Source: Bryobacterales bacterium
GTDB taxonomy: Bacteria; Acidobacteriota; Terriglobia; Bryobacterales; UBA6623
Assembly (NCBI GenBank): GCA_965222095.1
Contig: CBDCTD010000003.1
Span: 977,027 to 1,041,026 of the forward strand
DNA: 64,000 nucleotides
Direction of reading: 5' to 3'
The notes beneath the pieces were generated by a model. That model searched no databases. It saw only the letters and a program-made list of their open reading frames with translations, and was not told the DNA's origin. Both the position numbers and the translations under genes were made by a program. Below are positions 45,430 to 55,704 of this stretch, one piece after another (the first letter of the stretch is position 1; every line of letters starts with the position of its first letter).

Positions 45430-45951
45430 ATGAGATCGACCATGCCGAAAGGGAAAAAGCCTAGTTCCTCTGAACGTCGCCAGCTCACCGGTACCTTCAC
45501 TAGCCACGATGTGACGCGCATCACGGGTGTCAGCCTACGTCAGTTGCAGTGGTGGGATGAACAGGGCGTCGTCAGTCCCATGCAGCGCAGTCACCGTCGG
45601 CTGTACCAATTCGATGAAGTCATCGAAGTCAGCCTCATCACACAACTCAGACGGAAGGGGATTTCGCTGCAGAAGATTCGACGCGTTCTCAAGTTTCTGA
45701 AAAAGGAGCTGGGGAAAGGCCTCTACGAGTCTGTCCAGAATGGTCATGAGGTCCACTTACTGACCGACGGTAAGAATATCTACCTCGAAGACGACCGTCG
45801 ACGGATTGTCGATATCCTCAATGACGCCAATCAGCCAATGATCTCGGTCTGCGTATCGGATCAAATCAAGCGCCTCTCCGCGCCCGGTTTGAAGAAAGGC
45901 GTGAAGTCGGACACCCGACCGACGCCGGCCCGATCGGCTCGCGCCTCCTAG
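45430..45951 (+). CDS. MerR-family transcriptional regulator
   Basis: TGVSLRQLQWWDEQG, RRLY, GISLQKIR. Confidence 0.85.
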   Translation: MRSTMPKGKKPSSSERRQLTGTFTSHDVTRITGVSLRQLQWWDEQGVVSPMQRSHRRLYQFDEVIEVSLITQLRRKGISLQKIRRVLKFLKKELGKGLYESVQNGHEVHLLTDGKNIYLEDDRRRIVDILNDANQPMISVCVSDQIKRLSAPGLKKGVKSDTRPTPARSARAS

Positions 45952-46062
45952 CACAACGGCTCGCGTTTACCATTTCCAGCCAGAAGTACCCCGTTCAGAC
46001 CCAGGCGAGCCCGGGCCGCCGGAGGTGGCCGCGCTCTCCCCCAACGCAACTCACATCCACGT

Positions 46063-46758
46063 TTGAGCCGGTTTCTGCGTCATCCCTGTGTGGCCCGGAT
46101 CTCCAGGGAGGGGTGTCGTGCGCTCGCGGCGGTCCTCGTTCTGGCGGTCCCTGCCGGTGCCGAACAGCCGCTGAAGGATGTGCTGTCGAGGATCGAACGA
46201 CGCTATAACAGCCTGGCAACACTCGTTCTACAGTTCGAGCACACCTGGTCGTACGCAAGCCGGCCCCGGCGGCGGGAAGCAGGCACTCTCTACTTGCGCC
46301 GCCCTATGAAAATGAGCTGGGAGTACACAAAGCCGCTCGGGAAGTTACTTGTCGGTGACGGCGAGGTTCTCCACATGTACAGCCCGCAAACCAACCAGGT
46401 TCGTCGCCTCAAACTCAGGGAAACCGGCGACCTCAGAGCGCCTTTGGCATTCCTGCTGGGCCGTCTGCGGTTCCGAAAACTCTTCCGCAACCTGCGGGTC
46501 GAACAGGAGGACGAAAAAAGCATCCTTGTCGGAGAAGGTCGGTCCGGAAGCGAAGCGTATCGCCGGGTGGAGTTCACCTATGACCCGCGGGATTTCCGTT
46601 TGCTTCACCTTCGGGTGGTTGGTCAAGACGAATCCATCAATGCCTTCCGCTTCGAGAACGAACGGATCAATTTGCCCCTGGACCCAAGCCGCTTCCACTT
46701 CCAGCCGCCGCCCGAGGCCGAAATCATCAATGACTTCCGCGACCGGGAGGTTCGATGA
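46063..46758 (+). CDS. lolA: Outer membrane lipoprotein carrier LolA
   Basis: Signal peptide, GTLYLRRPMKMSWEY, LVGDG, FHFQPPPEA. Confidence 0.85.
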   Translation: MSRFLRHPCVARISREGCRALAAVLVLAVPAGAEQPLKDVLSRIERRYNSLATLVLQFEHTWSYASRPRRREAGTLYLRRPMKMSWEYTKPLGKLLVGDGEVLHMYSPQTNQVRRLKLRETGDLRAPLAFLLGRLRFRKLFRNLRVEQEDEKSILVGEGRSGSEAYRRVEFTYDPRDFRLLHLRVVGQDESINAFRFENERINLPLDPSRFHFQPPPEAEIINDFRDREVR

Positions 46759-47969
46759 TGGCCGAGTTCGTCTGCAAGTTCGCCGACCTCGACGGACGAG
46801 TCCAACAGCAAGTGGAATCGGCCGAATCGGAAGATGTGCTGCGCCGGCGATATGGCGATCGCGGCTTGTTGCTCTACTCCGTCAAACCGCGCCGCGCCCT
46901 CCGTGGCCTCCAGCTCGAGACCCTTCGGCGGCGGGGCGGCCGCCTCAATCTCGAGCAGTTCCTGATCTTCAACAGGCAGTTCGTAACCCTGACTCGGGCG
47001 GGTCTGCCGATTTTGAAGTCGCTCGAACTGCTGGCCGCCAACACGAAAAACCGGCGGCTGGGCGGCTACCTTGACGCCATTCGCGGCGAGGTGAAGAGCG
47101 GGACCCCGCTCTCGGAAGCCTTTCGGCGCCAGGGCGTATTCCCTCCGATCTACACGACGTCGTTGATGGCGGGTGAGAAGAGCGGCAGCCTGCCGGACGT
47201 CATCGAGCGATACGTGCAATACCAAAAGCTCGCGCTTGGGGTGCGCAAGAAGATCCTCGTTTCGCTGATCTATCCCTGCGTCCTGGTCACGTTAGTGCTG
47301 ACTCTGGTGGTGTTTCTGGTGACTTATGTCGTTCCCGAGTTCGCGACTCTCTACAACAGTATGGATGCCCAGCTGCCCTACATGACGGAGCTGCTCGTGG
47401 CCTTCGGTGTCACCGTAAGCGAGAACTTGTTGCTCATCGCGGGTGCGCTGCTAGCGGTCGTAGTCCTGGTCGCCGCGTGGGTGCGCTCGAAGAGTGTACG
47501 CACTCGTCTGGATCGAGTCAAGATCAAGATCCCGCTGTTTGGCGCCATTTGGATCAAGTATCAAGTGTCCCAGCTTTGCCGCCTGCTGAGCACACTGTTG
47601 GCAGGAGGCATTCCACTGTTGCAGGCGCTCGAAACGACCGGCGAATCGCTGGGGTCGAAAATGCTGCAGCAGGCGGTCAACGGATCCCGTCGGATGGTGA
47701 AGGAAGGCCAATCCCTGTCGCAGGCCATGAGCGACGCCGGCATCTTCCCGTCGCTGGCGATCGAGATGGTCCATGTTGGGGAGTCGACCGGCGCGTTGCC
47801 GGAAATGCTGAATTCCGTTGCCGAATTCTTCGACGACGACGTCAGCACGCGGATGGCGGCGGTTCTAGCGCTTGTCGAACCCGCCATTATGATTTTCATG
47901 GGTATTTTTGCCGTCTTTGTGCTGATATCGCTTTACTTGCCGATCTTCAGCTTGGCGGACAAGATCTAG
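46755..47969 (+). CDS. Type IV pilus / T2SS platform protein (PilC/GspF)
   Basis: RQFVTL, AGEKSG, LIYP, VGESTG, VEP, LYLPIF. Confidence 0.93.
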   Translation: MMAEFVCKFADLDGRVQQQVESAESEDVLRRRYGDRGLLLYSVKPRRALRGLQLETLRRRGGRLNLEQFLIFNRQFVTLTRAGLPILKSLELLAANTKNRRLGGYLDAIRGEVKSGTPLSEAFRRQGVFPPIYTTSLMAGEKSGSLPDVIERYVQYQKLALGVRKKILVSLIYPCVLVTLVLTLVVFLVTYVVPEFATLYNSMDAQLPYMTELLVAFGVTVSENLLLIAGALLAVVVLVAAWVRSKSVRTRLDRVKIKIPLFGAIWIKYQVSQLCRLLSTLLAGGIPLLQALETTGESLGSKMLQQAVNGSRRMVKEGQSLSQAMSDAGIFPSLAIEMVHVGESTGALPEMLNSVAEFFDDDVSTRMAAVLALVEPAIMIFMGIFAVFVLISLYLPIFSLADKI

Positions 47970-48036
47970 GAGACTAAGTGGTGTGCCGGCGGCGATTCGC
48001 CGCTGCAAAGCACCTCACACGAGGCTTTGTTGAACA

Positions 48037-49656
48037 ATGGCAAGTCCCGAACAACCGTTGCAAAAAGACCCGCAGGCCGAAGAGCAAGAAGCGCGGGCAG
48101 TAGCGAAGCGCTACCGCTACGAGTTCCTTGACCTGGCGGAAGTAAAAATTGACGCCGATCTGTTTCGATCCATCCCGGTCGAGTTGATGTTTCGCCACCA
48201 CTTTGTCCCCGTGCAGTCGGTCAACGGCAGCTTGGAGATCGCCATCGCCGACCCGCGGCAGTTACCCGCGCTCGACGAAATCTCGATGCTTTTGGGGAAG
48301 AAGATCCGCATCAAGGTCGCCACGCTCTCGCAGATCAGTGACCTGTTGAAGAAGACCGAACAATCGCAGCGGGTCCTCGAAGAGGTCACCGAGGGTTTCG
48401 TCCTTGACGTTGTGCGGGAGGACGCGGCCGGTGACGAAACAATCTCGATCGAGAAGCTGACGGGCGACACAGATATCAGCCCCGTCATCCGCTTGGTCGA
48501 CACTACGATCTTCAACGCCCTCGAACGCCGGGCCAGCGACATCCACATCGAGACCCGCGGCGACGAAGTAGCCATCAAATACCGCATTGATGGTGTCCTG
48601 CACTATGCCATGCCGCCGATCTCGCGAGACTGGCACCAAACGATCATCTCGCGCATCAAAGTCATGTCGGAGCTCGACATCGCCGAAAACCGTGTTCCCC
48701 AAGATGGGCGTTTTCGGGTGCGCTACAAAGGACGCCAGATCGACTTCCGCGTCTCGATCATGCCGACCGTCCACGGCGAAGACGCCGTATTGCGCGTCCT
48801 CGACAAGGAGTCGATGAGCGAGAAGTTTCACCAGCTCTCACTCGCTGTTGTGGGCTTCTCGGAACAGGATTCGCGAAACTTTGCGCGTTACATTCGGGAG
48901 CCTTATGGCATGGTTCTCGTCACCGGCCCAACCGGCAGCGGAAAGACGACGACGCTCTATGCCGCGCTGAGCGACATCAAGACCGACGAAGACAAGATCG
49001 TCACCATCGAAGACCCGGTCGAGTACCAGATCAAAGGCATCACCCAAATCCCGGTCAACGAAAAAAAAGGGTTAACGTTCGCCCGTGGTTTGCGCTCGAT
49101 CCTACGCCACGACCCCGACAAAATCATGGTCGGTGAGATTCGAGATACCGAGACCGCCCAGATCGCCATCCAGTCAGCGCTCACGGGCCACTTGGTGTTC
49201 ACCACCGTCCACGCCAACAATGTGGTGGACGTACTGGGACGCTTCCTCAACATGGGTGTCGAGGCGTATAACTTCGTCTCGGCGCTCAACTGCATCCTGG
49301 CTCAAAGGTTGGTCCGCGTTATTTGTGAACACTGTAAGGTCCGCAAGCAGTATCCTGACTCGGTTCTCGAAGAGTCACGATTGGCTCCCGCTCAGTGGCG
49401 AGATGTTGAATTCGCCGAAGGAGAAGGATGTATCGAGTGTGCGGGAACCGGATATCGGGGTCGAACCGCGATCCACGAATTGCTCGACATGAAGGACCGT
49501 ATTCGGGAATTGATTCTGGACAAGAAGCCATCGTCGGAGATCAGCCGCGCTGCTCGTGAAGAAGGCATGACCACGCTCCGTGAGTCGGCTGTGGAAAGAG
49601 TGCGCGAGGGAATCACGACGCTGCGCGAGATCAACAAGGTTACATTTATCGAGTAA
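48037..49656 (+). CDS. Pilus assembly ATPase (PilB/GspE)
   Basis: ASDIHIE, PQDGR, GPTGSGKTTT, TIEDPVE, LRHDPD, GEIRD, TGHLV, tetracysteine motif. Confidence 0.95.
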   Translation: MASPEQPLQKDPQAEEQEARAVAKRYRYEFLDLAEVKIDADLFRSIPVELMFRHHFVPVQSVNGSLEIAIADPRQLPALDEISMLLGKKIRIKVATLSQISDLLKKTEQSQRVLEEVTEGFVLDVVREDAAGDETISIEKLTGDTDISPVIRLVDTTIFNALERRASDIHIETRGDEVAIKYRIDGVLHYAMPPISRDWHQTIISRIKVMSELDIAENRVPQDGRFRVRYKGRQIDFRVSIMPTVHGEDAVLRVLDKESMSEKFHQLSLAVVGFSEQDSRNFARYIREPYGMVLVTGPTGSGKTTTLYAALSDIKTDEDKIVTIEDPVEYQIKGITQIPVNEKKGLTFARGLRSILRHDPDKIMVGEIRDTETAQIAIQSALTGHLVFTTVHANNVVDVLGRFLNMGVEAYNFVSALNCILAQRLVRVICEHCKVRKQYPDSVLEESRLAPAQWRDVEFAEGEGCIECAGTGYRGRTAIHELLDMKDRIRELILDKKPSSEISRAAREEGMTTLRESAVERVREGITTLREINKVTFIE

Positions 49657-50562
49657 ATGCTCCAGCGACTCAAATATCTGGTCCAAGATCCACCGCCGCC
49701 GCTGGTTTTTGAAATCAGCGAGCGGTCTGTGACCGCCGTGCGACGGAACTCGAGAGACCTCGATGTGGAGGCGAAGGCCGAACGGGAACTCCCCGAGGGC
49801 ACGATTCTGTCTTCGCCAGGCAAGCAGAACGTCCAATTGCCGGACGAGCTTGAGCAGGCCGTGGAGAGCCTGTTTCAAGAGCTGGGCCCGGCGAAGCGGC
49901 CTGACGCTGCTCTGCTTCTACCCGATGCCTGCGCGCGCCTAACGACACTCGACTTCGACCAACTTCCCGGAGATGGAAAAGACCGTCTGGAGCTGATCCG
50001 ATTGCGCTTGAAAAAGACCCTGCCGTTTGACGTTGAGCTGGCGCGGATCGCCTACCAGGCACAGCGCACAACTGCCGGATGGGCCTTACTCGTCGCGGTG
50101 ACGCTCCCCGAAGTTGTCAAGCAGTATGAAACGCCGCTACAGAAGGTGGGACTCGAGACCGGATTTGTCGCGGTATCGGCGGCCTCGGCGCTGAATTTGG
50201 TCCCGACCGACGGGATGGTCCTGTTCGTTAAGCTCGCCGCGCGGTCGCTGACAATTGCCGCGGTCGAAAAGGGCGTCGTGCGCATGGTTCGATCCGTCGA
50301 ACTCGCACCCGATGCCGATCTGTCCGCTTCTGCTGCCCTGGAAGAGATGACAGCCGATCTGTTCCCCACCACCGTGTTCGTGGCCGACAATCTCGGTGCG
50401 CCCGTAGCGAAGGTGGTCTTGTGTGGTTTTGATCAGCTTCTGCCGTCTGCGGTTCCATACTTTTCAAGCGAGTTGGGAGTTGATGTTGAGCCGCTGCGCT
50501 CTCCCGATGGCGTGATAGAGGGCCAAGAGGCGGGAATCTGGGGTTACCTGAGCACCCAGTAG
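49657..50562 (+). CDS. PilM/GspL-like protein
   Basis: Position after the ATPase; LKKTLPF, VRMVRS, VVLCG pattern of actin-like fold. Confidence 0.7.
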   Translation: MLQRLKYLVQDPPPPLVFEISERSVTAVRRNSRDLDVEAKAERELPEGTILSSPGKQNVQLPDELEQAVESLFQELGPAKRPDAALLLPDACARLTTLDFDQLPGDGKDRLELIRLRLKKTLPFDVELARIAYQAQRTTAGWALLVAVTLPEVVKQYETPLQKVGLETGFVAVSAASALNLVPTDGMVLFVKLAARSLTIAAVEKGVVRMVRSVELAPDADLSASAALEEMTADLFPTTVFVADNLGAPVAKVVLCGFDQLLPSAVPYFSSELGVDVEPLRSPDGVIEGQEAGIWGYLSTQ

Positions 50563-50575
50563 GATTTTTTACGCC

Positions 50576-51142
50576 ATGAGCATAACACTCAATCTCGCGA
50601 CACAGCCTTTCGGTCGAATGCGGCTGTTCTGGCTGCTGAGCGGGGTCTCCGGCGTGGTGCTCGCGGCGACGGCGGTTTGGCTCTTGACCGCGTATTTCCA
50701 AGAGAACGAGATTCCGCCGGAGCTTATTATGCAGGAGCGTCAACTGCGCTCGGAATTGAGCACCTTGTCGGCGAGCGAGCGCCGGCTCAGGGCCACTCTG
50801 GAAGAGCCGGCCAATGGCGATGTCCTTGAACGCTCGCTGTTCCTCAACGAGCTGCTCTATCGCAAGGGTATATCGTGGACACGCACCTTTGCGGATCTTG
50901 AGACGATACTGCCGCCCCGGGTGCAGATGTTTCAAATCCGTCCCCAAGTCACCGCCGACCACAAGGTGTTGCTCGAGATGCAGGTGGGTGCGGAGACTCC
51001 CAAAGACTTCATTGAATTGCTCAAGGTGCTCGAATCCTCGGAGCTGTTTGGCGCGGCGGACCTGCGGGGAAATTCGCCGCCAACCGAGAACCAACCTCTG
51101 TTTCGATACCAACTGATGGTGAGCTATGACCAGCAGCTCTAG
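50576..51142 (+). CDS. PilN-like protein
   Basis: ITLNLATQPF start, one TM, coiled coil, SWTRTFADLE. Confidence 0.75.
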   Translation: MSITLNLATQPFGRMRLFWLLSGVSGVVLAATAVWLLTAYFQENEIPPELIMQERQLRSELSTLSASERRLRATLEEPANGDVLERSLFLNELLYRKGISWTRTFADLETILPPRVQMFQIRPQVTADHKVLLEMQVGAETPKDFIELLKVLESSELFGAADLRGNSPPTENQPLFRYQLMVSYDQQL

Positions 51143-51719
51143 CCCGCTTTCCATGTCGCGGCTGGCTCCACTACTGCGTCAGGTCACGCCGACGCACGTG
51201 CTTGCGCTGCTAGCGCTGATCCTGCTGTTTGATCTTGTATTCTATTTCTTCGCTCTACGGCCCCTCAGTGCCCGAGAGCAGGAGAAGCGGGCATCTATTT
51301 CGACTCTGTCACAACAGGTGGAAGAAAGAACTGAGCAGGTCGCGAAACTGAAGCTGGTCGTCGACAAGGTGGAACAAGCCCGCAGTCAGGGGGACGCACT
51401 GATCGAAGAGATCACGTTGGTCCGTCGAACCACTTTCTCGACCCTCGTCACCGAGCTGGACGGTGCGGCCCAGGAATCGGGCGTTGAAGCGCGCGAGGGC
51501 GCCTACGACGTCCAGCCGATCGAGGGTGCCGAACAGTACGGGATGGTCACCATCAGCGCCAACTTTCGGGGACGCTACGAAAACCTGGTGCAATTCCTGA
51601 ACCGGCTCGACCGCTCAGAAAACTTCCTAATTATCGAATCCCTAGGAGCGGCGCCGCGGGCGGATTCCGAAGAGCTGAACGTAACGATGAAGATCGACAC
51701 TTTCGTACGAGAGCTATGA
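51126..51719 (+). CDS. PilO/GspM-like protein
   Basis: One TM, coiled coil, GRYENLVQFLNRLD. Confidence 0.75.
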   Translation: MTSSSSPLSMSRLAPLLRQVTPTHVLALLALILLFDLVFYFFALRPLSAREQEKRASISTLSQQVEERTEQVAKLKLVVDKVEQARSQGDALIEEITLVRRTTFSTLVTELDGAAQESGVEAREGAYDVQPIEGAEQYGMVTISANFRGRYENLVQFLNRLDRSENFLIIESLGAAPRADSEELNVTMKIDTFVREL

Positions 51720-52408
51720 AGCTAGGGGCAGAGCGGAACAAAGTCATTGTGCTGGCGGTGGCGATGGCCGTCGCAGCAGTGACGGTCTACGTGCAGTTCT
51801 TCGGCGGTGAAGAAACCACGCCGATTAGGCGACGGCCCACCGTGGTCGCCGGCAGTTCGGCTCGTGAAAGGGCCCCACGTCAAAGGCGCGCCTCGGCCCC
51901 ACCGCGCCAAGTTCGAGGGCAGAGCTTCCGTCCCACGTTTGGCAGGGCGGATTCAGACGAGCCGCTTGACCCCATGACCGTCGATCCAACTCTTCAAACG
52001 GACTTACTTGCCAAGGTGCGCTCGGTGGAGTTCGACGGCGTCGAGCGCAATCTGTTTCGGTTTGGCGAGCGGAAGAAGGTGGTCGCCTCACCCTCGGCGG
52101 AAGAAATCAAGGCGTCCCAAGAGCGCTTAGCGGCGCTCCAGGCGCAGCAGCGGGAGCAAGTCAAGAAGCCCCCGGTCGTTCGAAAACCGACGGCGCCTCC
52201 CATCGATTGGAAATACTACGGATTCGCTAATTCCCGCCGCGACACCAGGAAGCGGGCGTTTCTGCTGGACGGTGAAGAGATCCTCGTTGCCACAGAAGGT
52301 GATGTTTTCAAGAAGCGCTATCGTATTGTGCGCATCGGGATCAACTCCATCGTCATTGAGGACCTACAGTTCAAACAGGAACAGAAGCTCCCGCTGGAGG
52401 AAAGCTAG
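51716..52408 (+). CDS. PilP/GspC-like protein
   Basis: N-terminal TM, RNLF, Pro-rich linker, KYYG...AFL...EGD...YRIVRI beta domain. Confidence 0.6.
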   Translation: MKLGAERNKVIVLAVAMAVAAVTVYVQFFGGEETTPIRRRPTVVAGSSARERAPRQRRASAPPRQVRGQSFRPTFGRADSDEPLDPMTVDPTLQTDLLAKVRSVEFDGVERNLFRFGERKKVVASPSAEEIKASQERLAALQAQQREQVKKPPVVRKPTAPPIDWKYYGFANSRRDTRKRAFLLDGEEILVATEGDVFKKRYRIVRIGINSIVIEDLQFKQEQKLPLEES

Positions 52409-52506
52409 CGGGCTTCGATGCGACGCACGCAACCCGATACTGGGGTTCGTCGTTCAGGGCGAGTCGGGTGCCCGCCGAACGATGGCTGCTAGCATGAAAG
52501 AAGAAG

Positions 52507-54105
52507 ATGATGCGACTTCGCACGGTGAGGACTAAACCGCCCGACAGAGCGGGGCGCCAAGGCTTCGTTCTGCTGAGCCTGCTGTTTTTCGTCGCCGCCA
52601 TCGCCATTCAGGTCGCGATCTCGCTGCCCCAGGCGGCGATGCAAGCCCAGCGGGTCCGCGATGAGAGGCTGATCTATCGCGGCAAACAGTACAAGCGGGC
52701 CGTGCAGCTCTACTTCCGCAAACACCAGAAGTACCCGGAAAAGATAGACGATCTCGAAGAGACCAATGGCCAGCGCTTCTTGCGCCGCCGCTACAAAGAT
52801 CCTTTGACCGGCGAAGACGAGTGGCGTCTCATCCACATGGGAGCGGACGGGAGAATGACCGATTCGCTCATCCATGACCTCGAAGAGGAAGAGGGCCAGG
52901 AGGGCTCTTCCCGCTACGGCGGCACTCGTTCGAGCACGGCGCTGGGATCGTCCTTCGGGTTCCCAGGCTACTCGACAGGGACCACCGCGCCTGATGGCCG
53001 CTTCCGCGGCGCCGAGCGCGCGAGGGCGGTTCGAGAGTCCGCCGCTCCCACGATTCCCGGCCAGTCAGTTCCCGGTGAAGGGCAACCGGGGTACGAGGGC
53101 GAGTTCGACCCCAACAACCCCAATCCGTCACCCTATGGTATTCCGCCCGGGCAACCGGGACAGCCCGGCCAGGCGGGTCAACCCGGAGTGAGAGGTCAGC
53201 CCGCCGCGGGCCAATACCCCGGCTATTCGCGAGTGCTGCCGGGCCAGATTCCTCGTGCTGGGATTCGGGGCGGCAACCAGCAGCGGCCCGCGGGAGCCTA
53301 CGGGGCCCAACGCGGCAGAGGCTACCCCGGGGGATCGACGGATGCTAGTCGAGGCGGTTTTGGGGGTCAAGTCTTTGGCTCCGCAGGACGACAGCCCGTT
53401 CCTGGACGCCGAGCGAATACTCCACAGGGGTTCGGCGCCCCGGGCATGAACCAGCAAGCCGCCAACGTCATCGGCAGACTCCTGACCCAGCCGCGGCCCG
53501 GAGGTCTCCAAGGACTGCGTGGGCGCGGGGGATCAACCTCGGGCCAGGCCGGCTTCAGCAAGGGAATCGCTGGTGTCGCCAGCAAGGTCGAGGACCGTGG
53601 CGTCATGGTGTACGAGGGACGCGAAAACTACAACGAATGGGAGTTCGTCTACGACTACCGTCAGGACACCGGCTTCGGGCCCCAAGGCGCCGGCGGCATG
53701 GGATCCATGGGGGGCCAGCGGCCCGCTGCCGGCCAGCCCGGCTTGACGTCGAGCGGCTTCATGACCGCTAGACCCGGCGCGGTCGGAGGCGCCCGGACAG
53801 GTGCTGGAGGCTTTGGAAGCAGCGCACCCGCGGGGTCACGAAGGACCGGCTCGCCTTACGGAGCCGGGGGCTCGGCTTCTCCTTACGGTCAGAGGCGGCC
53901 GGGATTCACTACCAACTTGCCCGCTACTTCCAACCCCTACGTCCCTCGAACGAATCGCCGTCGGCAAGGACAGCCGCCCGGGGCCGGCGTGAACCAGCCC
54001 GGATCACCGTATCCCGCTCCGCCGCCGATTCCAGGAATCACAGCCCCGTCCCAAGACAACAGCAACGCGGCACCCGGCTCTCCGGACGCCCGCTCCCGGC
54101 GCTGA
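52507..54105 (+). CDS. Pseudopilin-like protein with long Gly/Pro/Gln-rich regions
   Basis: Class III signal RQG/FVLLS plus hydrophobic helix, FLRRRYKDP, IAGVAS...YNEWEFVY. Confidence 0.75.
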   Translation: MMRLRTVRTKPPDRAGRQGFVLLSLLFFVAAIAIQVAISLPQAAMQAQRVRDERLIYRGKQYKRAVQLYFRKHQKYPEKIDDLEETNGQRFLRRRYKDPLTGEDEWRLIHMGADGRMTDSLIHDLEEEEGQEGSSRYGGTRSSTALGSSFGFPGYSTGTTAPDGRFRGAERARAVRESAAPTIPGQSVPGEGQPGYEGEFDPNNPNPSPYGIPPGQPGQPGQAGQPGVRGQPAAGQYPGYSRVLPGQIPRAGIRGGNQQRPAGAYGAQRGRGYPGGSTDASRGGFGGQVFGSAGRQPVPGRRANTPQGFGAPGMNQQAANVIGRLLTQPRPGGLQGLRGRGGSTSGQAGFSKGIAGVASKVEDRGVMVYEGRENYNEWEFVYDYRQDTGFGPQGAGGMGSMGGQRPAAGQPGLTSSGFMTARPGAVGGARTGAGGFGSSAPAGSRRTGSPYGAGGSASPYGQRRPGFTTNLPATSNPYVPRTNRRRQGQPPGAGVNQPGSPYPAPPPIPGITAPSQDNSNAAPGSPDARSRR

Positions 54106-55704
54106 GTTCACGGCGGCTGCGAAGACCGGGGAGTGGACCCAGCCGGCCCGGTAATGAGGGACGCAGTGGTCCGCCCCTACCGAATAACTGTTTCAACGCT
54201 GTGCTTATCAAAGCCCCCGCTAGAAAAGCCGGCAAAAATCTAGCCGCAACTCATTGATTGAAAGTGGGTTGCGAGGATTTTGGGTTTGTTTGGTTTTTTG
54301 TCTTGCTTCGCGCGTGTCCTCGTCTTCGCGGCCTCCTCCTTTCGCTATAGTCAGGCGTCTTCGGCGGTGGTGGCAATCACTCCTGTCTGTCCTAGCCGCA
54401 GTCGGGCGGCTAGCGGAGCTGCTCGTTTCTGGTGCGTCGTTAACGGCGAGGGAACGGTAGGAAGTGCCGGTCCTTACCGAATCGGCTGCGCTCAGTGGCT
54501 GTTATTTTTCCTCGGGCGGCCTGTCCTGAGGTCGAGAAGACCTCGAACCGGGCTTTGCTGAGTGGGTTTCTGACGGGCACGGCTCAACGCTGTCTGGCGA
54601 CGATGAAAAACGCGCGGTTGTTGCCGACAGTCCAATGTGGGGAAGACAGTTGCCGACGCCGGGGCGGCCCGCGAGGGGCGCCCCGGGCGCGGCTTGATGG
54701 GGTGCGGCTCCTTTGGTATCGCGCGGAGCCGCCAAAAACGGTTTGGGATCGATCCCGTTGTTCTGTGTGACGCGGTCGGTTGATCGGCTCACCGACGGAA
54801 GCCATGGGGAGGACTTAGATCCCGGCCGGGGTGCGCCAGTCTGTCGCTCCCTGAAGGGCTGGCGCTTTTACGGGTCCAGAGTAGCACGGTGGGGGGAGGG
54901 TAGATGGTCAGGGAAAGACGATCTTGTTTATGGCGCGCGAGTTAGGGATTTCAGACTGGTGTGACGGGGTTTGGGGGGAGTAACGAGAAAGAGAGGGATC
55001 AGCCGTCGGCACGGCCGATTTTTGCCCCACCCCGAGGCCCGCTCGGCCGCTGGGAGGCGGCCGAGCGCCAAAAGGAACGACCGGTCGGGGGGGGTGACCA
55101 GCCGTAAAACGGCTGGCCCAGCGACGGTGTAGAAAGCCGCGTTGAACACGGCTCAAACGTCGTGAGAGCCTCATAGTGGCGGCTAGGACAAGCTTGACCC
55201 CGGACTTCCGCGCCTCGGAGTCCGTCACGGCGAAGCGGCGACGCGGGAAGAAACAGGCTGCCCAGCGAGCCGCTCATCGTAGTTTCCCCTTTTTACCGAC
55301 ACACGCGATCAGAAAAAGCCGCCGGGCGGACAAGAAACACGGCCTAGGAGTGGGCGGGCGGGCGATTTTCGTCACCTAGCGGTGGGTTGGCAGGCGAGCG
55401 GGGCGCCGATGAGAGTGTCCTGCTTGATGGTTAAGTCTAGTGAATTGTGACACATAAAGATTCGCCATCAGTACCCGTGAATAGCCGGTGGCAGAAAGTG
55501 GCGGAAATACGAGGGTCATCGCTCCGAAATTTCGTTTTCTGGGCCCCGTACCAGAATAAGGGACGGATGGAGGGTTAGAAGGGGTCCGAGGGCGTAAGTC
55601 GTTGATATGGCGAGGACAAAAAATTGAAGAAGTCTGTGACCGCGTTTTGCGGGAGTGGTGGAAAGCGTCCTCGAGGCCGGATTTTCGGCGCAAGAATCAT
55701 GTCC

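Noticed and set aside
50228-51154. 308-aa antisense ORF and similar shadow ORFs (e.g. 39382-40230, 46349-47074)
   Set aside because: They overlap well-supported genes and carry no recognisable motifs.
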